Virus record (IMG/VR): IMGVR_UViG_3300037511_000207
Coordinates: 1 to 60,601 of that record
DNA length: 60,601 nt
From: a virus
Lineage: Duplodnaviria > Caudoviricetes
Reading direction: 5' to 3' (one strand)
The position numbers and the translations under genes were made by a program. This document shows, in pieces, positions 19,308-28,635 of the stretch. Numbering within the stretch: position 1 is the first letter of the stretch; the number at the start of each line of letters is the position of its first letter. The notes under the pieces are model-generated. The model had not been told where the DNA came from. It searched no databases and saw only the letters and a list, made by a program, of their open reading frames with translations.

Positions 19308-20981
19308 TCAGATCTCCACTTCCACTCGGGATACGCGCTTCCACGCCATTCCCGCCGTCTCTGGATCAGGATAGCTGGTGCGGTCATGTTGCGCCAGCAA
19401 TAGCTTCCTCGGTGCGGTCAGATCTTGTTCCGCAATGCGCGCGCGGGCTTCGGCCTGCTGATACGCGCACCAATCCTCGAGGCAGCCGTACACCATGGTC
19501 ACTTCCACCACCTCGGCGTACTGCTCGCTTCGGTGCGTGCGCCCGATGCGCTGCTCTGCGGCCTTGCAATTCGATGGCGGCGACAGGAACAGGTTGCGGT
19601 GGTATCGGTGCTGCAGGTTCTTGCCCGTCGCGCAGCTCTGGCTGCTGCAGATGATCACCGGCGCGATCGTCTCCCCGCGCGCTGCGGGCTTGCAGATCGT
19701 GCTGATGTGCTTCCGGGTGCGGGCGTCGCGCGCCCCCGCACCGAAGTAGGGCCACCCGGTCATGCGGGCGAGCTCCTCGCCGACGCCAATCGGGTCCACC
19801 CAGATGATGCTGCCGCCCCGGTGGCGCTCTGCCAGCGCGGCGCGCTCCTGCCCCCATTGCCGCGCCCACTCGAGCGGGGCGTGCGACAGCCAGGTGGTCT
19901 TGGTCACAGGGCGGTAGCTGTCCCGCACCGCCATCCAGGCCTCGTAGGGTCCGCGCGGCAGGCGGCCCGCGAGCACGGCACGCTCGACCTGGCCGGGGGT
20001 GTCGTACGGGCCCCCCGCCACGGCGGTGTCGGCCTCGATCACATCCCGGCACATGGCGAACCAGGCCTTGCGCGGCTCGGTGTATTCCTTCGGCGGGCGC
20101 GGGATGTGCTCGTAGTACATGCCGTTGGCGAGCATGCGCGCCAGCTGGTACTGCTCGCCAATGCCGGTGTCGAGCACCCAGCCGTCAGGGGCCTCGCCGT
20201 CGTTGCGTAGGCGCTCCCAGTGCGGGATCATCTCCGCGGGCGTCTCTAGGACCTCGTGGCGGATCCGCAGGGGCTTCTCGGTGTAGGTCTCGTCGCTGAT
20301 CACCACGCCCGGCGTGGCGCGGATGCGGGACCAGAAGGCCTCATGCGCACTGGCGTCCTCCCGGAGGCGCTTGCATAGATCGCGGAACTCGGGACCCTCG
20401 GGGCGGCCCTCCCCGCTCAGAGGAATGGGGCCGCCGCGGTCGCTGCCGAGCGCTGGCACAGCCCACACGAGGGTGTGGGCGTACTGGTCGAAGTCCTCCC
20501 CGGGGCTGCCAGAGAGGCACGCCATGGGCACTGCGGGGTTGCCGCGCCGCCACCGATCCATCCGCCGCGCGCGGGCGGAGTCCTTGTAGGGCTTGATCCG
20601 GTGGCACTCGTCGAGGATCACCGCGGTGGGTCGAAGGCTGTCGAGCAACTCGGGGCGGTTGCTGATCGTCTCGTAGCTCTCGAGCCGGTAGTAGCTGGGC
20701 ATCTGCCAGTGGAGGCGGTAGCGCTCAAAGTCCGCGCGCATCTGGGGGATGTTGGCGGCCTCGGTCACCACCAGCGGACGGCCGTCGGGGCCCCCGCCGA
20801 TGATGTTGAGCAGCAGCGCTGCCAGGAGCGTCTTGCCCAACCCTACGCTGGCATTGGTCCACAGGCCGGATGCCTCGTCCGCGCCAAGCAGCGCCACGCC
20901 CTGCAACGGTCGCAGGGACATGGTGCCGTTCGGCGTGCGGTAGATATTCGTGAGAGCCGCGGCGATCTCGAACGGGGTCAT
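19308..20981 (-). CDS. SF2 helicase
   Basis: GLGKT, ILDECH, LSGSP, EQRIGRTHR. Confidence 0.85.
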   Translation of the reverse strand: MTPFEIAAALTNIYRTPNGTMSLRPLQGVALLGADEASGLWTNASVGLGKTLLAALLLNIIGGGPDGRPLVVTEAANIPQMRADFERYRLHWQMPSYYRLESYETISNRPELLDSLRPTAVILDECHRIKPYKDSARARRMDRWRRGNPAVPMACLSGSPGEDFDQYAHTLVWAVPALGSDRGGPIPLSGEGRPEGPEFRDLCKRLREDASAHEAFWSRIRATPGVVISDETYTEKPLRIRHEVLETPAEMIPHWERLRNDGEAPDGWVLDTGIGEQYQLARMLANGMYYEHIPRPPKEYTEPRKAWFAMCRDVIEADTAVAGGPYDTPGQVERAVLAGRLPRGPYEAWMAVRDSYRPVTKTTWLSHAPLEWARQWGQERAALAERHRGGSIIWVDPIGVGEELARMTGWPYFGAGARDARTRKHISTICKPAARGETIAPVIICSSQSCATGKNLQHRYHRNLFLSPPSNCKAAEQRIGRTHRSEQYAEVVEVTMVYGCLEDWCAYQQAEARARIAEQDLTAPRKLLLAQHDRTSYPDPETAGMAWKRVSRVEVEI

Positions 20982-21326
20982 GGTTCCACGCACACCGGCA
21001 TGGCGCAATCACACACGCAGATGTGCGATCGACGCGACACGACACCGCACCGATATCGGCTGTAGCCGAGCTGGCGTTGCAGCCACAGGGCGCACCCGAA
21101 CATGGTGCCGGTTGTGACCTTCATGCCGCGCACCGGACCGCCACCGCCGCGGTGTCGGGCAGTTCAAGGGTGTCGCTCTCGGTGTGGATCAGCGTGTGGA
21201 ATGGGCGCGGGCTGGCTTCGACCAGCAGGACCGTCTCGGCGACGCCCGCCACTCCCGGACGCGCCGGGGGAAGCAGGATCACGTCGCCGCGCTCGATGTC
21301 TTCGGCGCACTCTGTGGCGAAGTCGC

Positions 21327-21899
21327 TCACGCCGCCACCCCCGCCGCCAACATCGCTCCGCGCAAGGCCGCCAGCGCACCAACGACTTGCTTGATCTGGA
21401 TCTCGCAGTCGTAGAGCGCGTCGTGCGTCAACTCCGGGTTGCCTGGCACGGCCGGCATCCCGCCCGGCGCCAGTGCGAACAATGTTCGCGTGTCCCGAGG
21501 ATGTCGGTAGTGCCACGGTACGGGGCGGCCAATCTCAGCGCAGCGTTGCTCGATGATGGCGATATCGAACGTGGCGCCGTGGGACCAGACGGCCTCAGCG
21601 TCCTGTTCCTCGTACCAATCCTTCAGGTCTCGCAGCGCCTCGTCAAGCAACACGCCGGTTGTCTCGATCTTCTTGCCCAGCGAGGCCGCCGGCTTCTGCT
21701 GCATCCACCACGCCACAGTCTTCGGGTCGATGTGACCCTCCCGGTCAATCACGAAGGCGTTGAACGCTCTCGGACGACCGGTGTTGATGCTCTCGATACG
21801 CCCGTCGCGAGGGTCGAACGCGATGGCAGCAATCTGAACGATGGCCGCGTTCTTGCGTGTGGAGAGGGTCTCCAAGTCCAGCATCACGTGTGTCGTCAC
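21327..21899 (-). CDS. DEDDh 3'-5' exonuclease (Rv2179c/DUF5051-like)
   Basis: VMLDLETL, GATFD, RDTRT, HDALYD. Confidence 0.85.
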   Translation of the reverse strand: MTTHVMLDLETLSTRKNAAIVQIAAIAFDPRDGRIESINTGRPRAFNAFVIDREGHIDPKTVAWWMQQKPAASLGKKIETTGVLLDEALRDLKDWYEEQDAEAVWSHGATFDIAIIEQRCAEIGRPVPWHYRHPRDTRTLFALAPGGMPAVPGNPELTHDALYDCEIQIKQVVGALAALRGAMLAAGVAA

Positions 21900-22312
21900 G
21901 CTGCCACCCCCGCGATCGTGGCCGCGTCCAGGCCGAGCCCGTCCGACATCATGTCCTCCTCGAGGTAGCCCGGCACCGCCGCGCGCGGGCGCTCGGAGAG
22001 CAGTCGCGGCCCGCGCTGCTGCGGCACCTCGTCGAGCTGCTCCACCCAGGCGACCGCGCACGCGGCCAACTGGATCAGCTCCTCGCGGAGGTGTGCGACG
22101 TCCAGCGGCGCGCCGCCGCGGGCGCCCGCCGCCAGGTGGTCGGCGACCGGGCGCGCCACCTCGCCGAACTCTTCCGCGAGCACGGCCAGGCACGCCGCCG
22201 GCGCCAGAGCGCCCTGGTGCGCCAGGGTGGCGGGGAACTTCCCCTCCCGGCAGAGGCGCTCCTGGCGGAAGCGCTCGGTCACGATGTCGAGCCAGATGGC
22301 ATCGCGGGTCAT
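21896..22312 (-). CDS. MazG-like nucleotide pyrophosphohydrolase
   Basis: LAEEFGEVAR...LREELIQLAACAVAWVE. Confidence 0.75.
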   Translation of the reverse strand: MTRDAIWLDIVTERFRQERLCREGKFPATLAHQGALAPAACLAVLAEEFGEVARPVADHLAAGARGGAPLDVAHLREELIQLAACAVAWVEQLDEVPQQRGPRLLSERPRAAVPGYLEEDMMSDGLGLDAATIAGVAA

Positions 22313-22505
22313 CGGTCACCCCCGACAACCGGGACCAGCTTCATTTCCTGAACACAACACTGCGAGAACTTCCAACCGCAAGCCTCACAAGCTGTGTAGT
22401 TGTCACAGGCATTCACGAAATGGGTTTCGCGAGTTTCCGAATGCGTCACCCGCCAGAGGTATCCCTTGAACCCCATCGTGGCATTCTTCACATAGACTCG
22501 ATCAT

Positions 22506-24044
22506 TCATCGCTGCCCCACGAACGTGATGCTCACGCCGACCGGCACGCGCGCGAGAAGTGCGTTGATCAGCCCGGCGAGCTCGTCCGCCTCGGGGCACA
22601 CCTCGGGGGCCGGGACCGGGGTCGCCGCCGACGCCGCCGACGCCACCGGGGCCGCGACCTGCGGTTGCACTGCGGTCAGTTTTGCCAAGGCCTCGACGAC
22701 CTCGGGCGGGTTGATGTTGCCGACCACTGGCGGGGCCGCGGGCGGCGGCGCGCCGGCGCCCTGGGCGGCCCTGTTGGCAGCGCGGGTCTGGGCAGCCTTC
22801 TGGCCGCGGGTGAGCTCGGCCGAAGGGGCAGCCGGGGCCACATCCTTCACAGAATCGGCAATAGCAGCCGCAGTCGACGCCGGGGTGGTGTCGACAGGGG
22901 GCGCACTCAGCGCAGTGACAGCTTCGGTCGTGGGGGTCGGCACTGGGGGGCTGGCGGCGGGGGCCTCCTGCACCGGGGCGGGTTGCGCGGCGGGCGCGGC
23001 CGCGATCAGGGCGGCACCACCACCAGCGGCGTTCTTGGCACGGAGGGCTGCGAGTCGTTCTTGGGGTGTGGTCATCTTGCGTACTTTCAGTTGGATCAGG
23101 TCGTTGATGGGTGTTCCGAGAGAAGCAAAGTTGCAGGCGTCGCGCTCGCCAACACCGCACCACCTGCCGCGGTTGCTACATGCGGTCAACGTGCGGTCAA
23201 ATTGGTCCAGGGTGGCGTCGGGGTTGGCGTAGTGCCACTGGTGCAGGTTGTTGATCTTCTGCACGAGCGGGAGGATGGTGTTCGCCATGAAGGCCTGCGC
23301 GGCCTCGGGCGTAGTCCAGTCGGTGGCATCCCACGCGCGCGGCACGCCCTTCGTCAGGAAGTAGATCCACCGCAGCCGAGCGCTCTTGAGGCCGCCCGCC
23401 GCGCCCCCGGGGCCGTTCGGCGCCCCGAGCGCCGCCGGGTCCCAGGTCTGCCAGGGGGCGTCTGGTCCGGCGCGGAACTGGTGCCTGTCGCACAGCAGGA
23501 TCCACGCATAAAACATGGCCTGCAGGTCCTCGTTGAGGCGGTACTCTGCCGACGCACCCAGGTCCGGGTCACCTTCAGGGTCCTCGTCGCCCACGAGCGC
23601 GTATCGCTGGTTGCTGGTGGTCTTGAGGTCCTGGATCACCACCGTGGCGGTCGCGCTCCGCCCATCGCTGTGCCCGTCGATGTACGCCACGTACGGCGAC
23701 CCATCGGGCAGCGTGCCGACGTGCTCGTGCTCCACCAGCATGGGTCCGCACGTGGTCAGGAGGTGGGCGCCCGCTGACAGCACGCGGCCGACGTCGCTCT
23801 CGGGCTCCGAGATCTCGCCCGCGGCCTGGTAGTGCTCCGCCATGGTGTGCAGCGCGCTGCCGAACTCAAGCGCCGTCGAGCTCGACTGCTTCATGCCGAA
23901 GAGATAGTGCCCGGCCGTCTTGCGCTCACACCCGGGGGCGCCCTTTTCGCCGCCGATCGTCTTCAACCGGCTGGCAGAGATCACGGGGCGTTCGTACTCG
24001 GGGCGGGGCTCAGCCGCCGCGGTCGTGGTGGGCGCGGTCATCAT
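22506..24044 (-). CDS. PD-(D/E)XK (Cas4/RecB-like) exonuclease with Ala/Pro-rich tail
   Basis: ISASRL, C, FGSALH, YID, DLKT, QAMFY, C-terminal Cys cluster. Confidence 0.8.
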   Translation of the reverse strand: MMTAPTTTAAAEPRPEYERPVISASRLKTIGGEKGAPGCERKTAGHYLFGMKQSSSTALEFGSALHTMAEHYQAAGEISEPESDVGRVLSAGAHLLTTCGPMLVEHEHVGTLPDGSPYVAYIDGHSDGRSATATVVIQDLKTTSNQRYALVGDEDPEGDPDLGASAEYRLNEDLQAMFYAWILLCDRHQFRAGPDAPWQTWDPAALGAPNGPGGAAGGLKSARLRWIYFLTKGVPRAWDATDWTTPEAAQAFMANTILPLVQKINNLHQWHYANPDATLDQFDRTLTACSNRGRWCGVGERDACNFASLGTPINDLIQLKVRKMTTPQERLAALRAKNAAGGGAALIAAAPAAQPAPVQEAPAASPPVPTPTTEAVTALSAPPVDTTPASTAAAIADSVKDVAPAAPSAELTRGQKAAQTRAANRAAQGAGAPPPAAPPVVGNINPPEVVEALAKLTAVQPQVAAPVASAASAATPVPAPEVCPEADELAGLINALLARVPVGVSITFVGQR

Positions 24045-24104
24045 GCGGTCAGATTGTTCTGCCACGCGCGCTGCACGCGCGCCAGTCCGCGCGCGCCGCG
24101 GCGG

Positions 24105-24668
24105 TCACTTTTCTGGCTGGAATACAGAGCAGTCCGCCACCGCACACAGGCTCTGTAGATCCGCTTCGGTGATGGCGAACTGTTCCGCTGCTTGCGGGGA
24201 CATGACCCCAAGGCCCTGGCCGACGTGATGCGCACCGAGCGCGTGGAGCGCCTCGTGAAGCAGCACCGTCTCGATCATGTAGCCTGGCACCGCTTCGCCG
24301 ATCGCCAGGTATGCGGGGTGCTCGTCACCATCGCCATCGGCCATGTGAGTCAGCCCCCACCAGCCCTCGGCCTCCGCGTCGTTCCGATTCATCCAGAACA
24401 GCGGGATGGCGCCGGCGGGGCGCGGCACCACCGCTACGGTCAGCCCCGTGGCGGCGAGAACGCGCGGCGCCACAGCGTCCCGCGTCCAGTTCTCGAGCGC
24501 GCCATCGGCGGCCCACAGGGTCAGGTCGGCGGGGGCGGCGCCGGCGGCCTGGGCGGGCGCCGCGAGCGCGGCTGCGTACTGCGGCGCGGGGTCGGCGAGC
24601 TCACTCGGTGCGCAGCCCGCCAACGCCCACATCGCGGTCAAAATGGAACAGGCCTTGATTGCGTTCAT
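24105..24668 (-). CDS. Lipoprotein with zincin HExxH motif
   Basis: Lipobox LAGC; HEALHALGAHH; has its own promoter at 24676-24706. Confidence 0.7.
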   Translation of the reverse strand: MNAIKACSILTAMWALAGCAPSELADPAPQYAAALAAPAQAAGAAPADLTLWAADGALENWTRDAVAPRVLAATGLTVAVVPRPAGAIPLFWMNRNDAEAEGWWGLTHMADGDGDEHPAYLAIGEAVPGYMIETVLLHEALHALGAHHVGQGLGVMSPQAAEQFAITEADLQSLCAVADCSVFQPEK

Positions 24669-24748
24669 GCCGAGATGAACGGCACGGTGAGGTCACCGTG
24701 CAGTTAATTCTCTCGATTCGAGCGCTTTATCTGCGCGCCCCCGCCGCC

Positions 24749-25915
24749 TCAGTTCTCGGAGCCGACGCCATCGCTGGCGAACAGCTTGGCCCCGCGCGAC
24801 CCGAACAGCCGCCCGCCGCACACCGCCAGGTTGGGGAGCGTGAACCCCAGCAGCGTCTGCGGCTCGGACCACGTGACGCCGTCGTCCGTGCTGGCCCGGA
24901 CCTGCACGCTCTCAAGGTGCTGCGTGGCAAGCACCAGCAGATCCGTCGTGGGGCACTTGAGGATTCGGATCCCCTGGATGCCGCCCGTGATCGTGCTGGT
25001 CAGCGTGGCGCGCGTCGTCCAGGTGTTCCCGTTCGTGCTGACCGCCACGTCGATCGTGACGAAGTCGTCCTGGTATCCGGCGTGCCAGAGGGTGGCGCCC
25101 TCGTCGCCCGTCACCCAGCCGCTGTCGACGTGGTCCGCGGCGTTGGGAATGGCGCCGCTTGCGGCCGCCCAGGTGACGCCGACGTCGGTCGTTCGCGCGA
25201 TCACGGGCCCGGTGCCGTCCGAGCCGACCGCGACCACCACGCCGCCCGTGAGCGCCGCCAGGCTGGTGACGTCGCCGCTGGTGGCCACGTCGCCAATGTC
25301 CGACAGCGCTGTGGCGGCCGTCCACGCGCCCGCACCGGTGCCGTGCGCCGAGCCGCCCGTGGCGCTCGCCACGATGAAATTGGTTCCCGTAGCGGCCACC
25401 GCCACCAGGTCCCCGAGCAGGCCGGTGCTGGCTCCCGCGCCCCAGCCGTCGCCGTTGTTGGTGCTGCTGGTGTTGCCGGTGCCGCCCAGCCCGATCACCA
25501 CGCTGCGTGTCGAGCTCGGCCCGCGCGCGGCGCCCGCCACGCCGTCGGTGATCTGGTTCAGGACGCCGCGGGACTCCGCCACGTGGCCGTCGGTGGTGGC
25601 CACCACGCCGGTGGTGCTGGCCTTGGCGAGCACGATGGGGGCGGCGTCGAAGTGCCCTGCCACGGCCGCGAACCCTGAGGACAGGTCGTCCTGGTCCTCA
25701 CAGTCGAGCGGGCGGAGCGCAAGCGTCGCCAGGGTGAAGCTGCGGCGGGCCGCCGTGGCGAGCGCGTTGATGTGGAAGTTGACGTGCTGCGCCGCTGCCG
25801 CCACGCCCCGGACGAAGCCATCGGCGTCGCTGGCGGGGTCGATCTTGGTGGCCGTCCCGGTGTCGGGCCCCGTGGCGTAGTTCGTGTTGGTGGCCCACTG
25901 GTGTGCGAGTTTCAT
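24749..25915 (-). CDS. Tail fibre/receptor-binding protein with Asp-box (BNR) repeats
   Basis: AAQHVN N-terminus; STxxGxTW repeats. Confidence 0.65.
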   Translation of the reverse strand: MKLAHQWATNTNYATGPDTGTATKIDPASDADGFVRGVAAAAQHVNFHINALATAARRSFTLATLALRPLDCEDQDDLSSGFAAVAGHFDAAPIVLAKASTTGVVATTDGHVAESRGVLNQITDGVAGAARGPSSTRSVVIGLGGTGNTSSTNNGDGWGAGASTGLLGDLVAVAATGTNFIVASATGGSAHGTGAGAWTAATALSDIGDVATSGDVTSLAALTGGVVVAVGSDGTGPVIARTTDVGVTWAAASGAIPNAADHVDSGWVTGDEGATLWHAGYQDDFVTIDVAVSTNGNTWTTRATLTSTITGGIQGIRILKCPTTDLLVLATQHLESVQVRASTDDGVTWSEPQTLLGFTLPNLAVCGGRLFGSRGAKLFASDGVGSEN

Positions 25916-26577
25916 CGGGTGAACTCCTTTGATCGGAGCGTGATGCGGTCGATCTGACAGGTGCGCAGGGCCGCGCTCATTGCCTGCACCTGCACCACCA
26001 GCCGCACTGGCGTAGCAGTCACGATCTCCGCGCTGTGGATACCGCGCGCCAGGACGCCGCCATTTTCGTCGAGGATCTGGTAGGCCGCCAGGTTGCCGGC
26101 GCCGTTGAACCGCGCGCGGAACGTGCGGAACGTCGTGCTGGTGGCGATCGTGCTGTTGATCAGATCGGTGCCGCTCTCCGAGCTCGCCGAGAACATGTTG
26201 ATGTTGGCGTCCGTGCTCAGGAACACATACCTCGCCACAGCGGCGCTGGCGGGATCATCGTCGTCAAACAGACCCGCCATCACCTGCACGTTGCCGGTGT
26301 TGCTGACACGGAAACGGATCGCGAACTCCTCCACTTGGCTCGCCAGAATCAGGTTGCCGGTAGCCAGGTCGTCTCCGTAGATCAGTCGGCACGTGTCACC
26401 GGAGCTCGCCCCGGTGCTCAGGTTGAGAATGCCCGGGGCATCGGTCTCCGGCGCCGCCCGCGTGACCGTCTCGGTCCCCACGCCGTCAAACACCCAACGA
26501 CCGCTGCGGGTGTACACGTTGTTGCCGTCGACAACGGCGCCAACGAAGTCCTCGTCCAAGATATATCGATCGCTCAT
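25912..26577 (-). CDS. Virion lectin-like protein; paralog of the C-terminal domain of 30084..32033
   Basis: DEDF...PGILNLSTGASSG...IDRITLR. Confidence 0.55.
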   Translation of the reverse strand: MSDRYILDEDFVGAVVDGNNVYTRSGRWVFDGVGTETVTRAAPETDAPGILNLSTGASSGDTCRLIYGDDLATGNLILASQVEEFAIRFRVSNTGNVQVMAGLFDDDDPASAAVARYVFLSTDANINMFSASSESGTDLINSTIATSTTFRTFRARFNGAGNLAAYQILDENGGVLARGIHSAEIVTATPVRLVVQVQAMSAALRTCQIDRITLRSKEFTR

Positions 26578-26596
26578 GGTGTGCTGGTGTCCTCAA

Positions 26597-27160
26597 TCAC
26601 AGCGGGATTGCGCCCGCCCAGTATTCGTCGTTGCTCCACAGATCTCCCCACAGGAACGTCTCGTCGGACTCAGCGCTGCCCGAGACCAGCAGTTGCATGC
26701 CCACGCCGGCGGCGCGGGTCTTCGGGAGCAGGAAGCGCAGAGCCACGAGGCCCTCCGCGCTCACGGCTCCTGGAAGCGTGACCATCAGGTTGGCGAAGCC
26801 GACCGCCACCACGCCAACGGTGCCCGTGAGCCCCGTGGCGAGCAGGATCACGTTGACGATGTCCGCTTCCCGCCCGTGGCTGCGATTGGCGGCGATGCGG
26901 GCGCGCACGACGGCGCGGTAGGTCTCAGTGTTCCACCCCAGGTTGCTTTGCCCAACGATGCGCCCGAGGATGGCGAGGCGCGTCGCGTCGCACGTACGAA
27001 CGTCAAACGCCCCGAGCACCTCCCAGGTGTCATTCTCGAGCTCCTGGACCCGGTTCAGGTAGCTGCGGAGCAGGGCGGCCACAACTGGCTTGCCCCACAG
27101 CGGCGGGATCAGCTTGACGAGCCCGTCGCCGAAATGGCGCTCGATCTGCTCAAGCGCCAC
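26597..27160 (-). CDS. Baseplate wedge protein (DUF2612-like)
   Basis: LAILGRIVG...YRAVVRARIAANRS...AAGV. Confidence 0.7.
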   Translation of the reverse strand: MALEQIERHFGDGLVKLIPPLWGKPVVAALLRSYLNRVQELENDTWEVLGAFDVRTCDATRLAILGRIVGQSNLGWNTETYRAVVRARIAANRSHGREADIVNVILLATGLTGTVGVVAVGFANLMVTLPGAVSAEGLVALRFLLPKTRAAGVGMQLLVSGSAESDETFLWGDLWSNDEYWAGAIPL

Positions 27161-27677
27161 GTGCGCACCCGGCCCCGGCCACACTCGCCGCATGTGCCTG
27201 GATGGCGGCCAGCGCCGCTGTCACGCCGTCGCGCACCGCGGACATGTCCACCAGCTTTCCGGGACAGGTCTTCGTGGTGGGCGCACCTCCGAACATGCGC
27301 TGCGCCTCGCGGTGGCCTGCGACGGCCTTCAGGGGATCCCAGCCGTGCTCGTGGCAGAGCTGCCCGCAGAACATCAGCACTGCTGCGCGCTGCGCGGGCG
27401 TCCACGCCTCGCTGTCGCCATCACCGTACACGCAAAGGCCGACGGTGTCATTGGCGCCCTGCGCGTGCGCACCCAGCATGCTGAGCGGGCGGCCCTGCTC
27501 GATCGTCCCGTCCTTCTTCACGCCAAAGTGATAACCGGCGTCCTTCCAGCCGTTGTGCTCGACGTGGTATCGCCGAATGGCGGCCATGCTGCTGTCCCCA
27601 CGCACGCCGACCGTGTGCAGGACGATACCGCGGAAGTGGCGGGCGGCGGGCGGCGTTGCGGGCGCTGGCGCGGTCAT
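27150..27677 (-). CDS. Endolysin, N-acetylmuramoyl-L-alanine amidase (Amidase_2)
   Basis: IVLHT, GYHF, GAHA, GHRE, KTCPG. Confidence 0.92.
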   Translation of the reverse strand: MTAPAPATPPAARHFRGIVLHTVGVRGDSSMAAIRRYHVEHNGWKDAGYHFGVKKDGTIEQGRPLSMLGAHAQGANDTVGLCVYGDGDSEAWTPAQRAAVLMFCGQLCHEHGWDPLKAVAGHREAQRMFGGAPTTKTCPGKLVDMSAVRDGVTAALAAIQAHAASVAGAGCARGA

Positions 27678-27997
27678 TTGGTCGCCTCCACGGGCACGGC
27701 GCCGTGCGGCGCGGGCGGGGCCGCCGCGGGCCGCGCCCCCAGGAACGTGAGCAGGGCGGTCACGATGGCGGCGATGGCGGCGTTGCTCAGGTACAGCCCG
27801 CCGTTCTCCCGCCAGCCGCGCCGGCGCGCGCTCGCGGGCGCGGCATGGCGCACCACGGGGGCCTCCTCAAGGTCCTCCAGGCGCGCGTCCTGCCCCTTCT
27901 GGCGTTCCTCGAGGCGCGCTACGGTCGTGGCGATGCCGCCCACCTGGGTGGTCAGGGAGTCGATGCGTTCCAAAAGCAGCTCCTCGAACCGCGTCAC
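27674..27997 (-). CDS. Putative holin/lysis membrane protein
   Basis: Coiled coil plus one TM segment, directly upstream of the endolysin. Confidence 0.45.
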   Translation of the reverse strand: MTRFEELLLERIDSLTTQVGGIATTVARLEERQKGQDARLEDLEEAPVVRHAAPASARRRGWRENGGLYLSNAAIAAIVTALLTFLGARPAAAPPAPHGAVPVEATK

Positions 27998-28392
27998 CCG
28001 GCCGCCCTCCGCCACACGCCCGCGGCCACGTACATGTACCGGCGGCTGTCGCCGTTCGTGGTGATCGTCGTGCTGCCGTTGATGGCGCCCTCGGAGACCC
28101 CCACCGTGATCGTTCCGGACCCAGCGTTGCCGAGCACGTCGATCACCAGCACCTCTTGGCCGACCCAAAACCCGTTCTTCAGGGTGACCGCACGCGCACC
28201 GCTGCCGTTCACCAGGATGGTGGGCGAGAACCCGTCCCACGACCCGCTGCCCGCGAGGGACTGCGGGCCGTCGTACCGGATGTTGGTCCCGGCCTCGTTG
28301 GCCCGCGCCACGTACCCCGCCTGGCTGGCAAGCGGGACGTTCATTCCCGCGGTGTATTCATCGATCAGCTGGGTGTCGAGCGGCGTCGCCAT
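27994..28392 (-). CDS. Small virion-like protein
   Basis: Beta-rich; resembles fibre C-terminal modules. Confidence 0.45.
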   Translation of the reverse strand: MATPLDTQLIDEYTAGMNVPLASQAGYVARANEAGTNIRYDGPQSLAGSGSWDGFSPTILVNGSGARAVTLKNGFWVGQEVLVIDVLGNAGSGTITVGVSEGAINGSTTITTNGDSRRYMYVAAGVWRRAAG

Positions 28393-28512
28393 GACTTCCT
28401 GCTAGGATAGCACTCCGGCCGGAGTGCCGCCACTGTGCGGTCATATTCCGGCCCGCCGCGGGCGACGGGACGCACTCAAGTTTCGACCTGCCGATGCCGT
28501 CTTTCTGTCCGC

Positions 28513-28635
28513 ATGCCGTCCACTCCGCCGCACCCAACCCTCCCGCCCGAACCCCCGCCGCACTGGCTGTACCTGCTCGTGGCACTTGTGTGCCTGCTGT
28601 GGTTCGTGATCGCGAATTGGGGTGCGTGGATCTAG
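28513..28635 (+). CDS. Small membrane peptide on the opposite strand
   Basis: WLYLLVALVCLLWFVIANW TM segment in an intergenic gap. Confidence 0.35.
   Translation: MPSTPPHPTLPPEPPPHWLYLLVALVCLLWFVIANWGAWI

Noticed and set aside
13737-22312. Z-base or 7-deazaguanine DNA modification pathway
   Set aside because: Nucleotide hydrolases are present but no PurZ, QueC/D/E, FolE or DpdA motifs were seen
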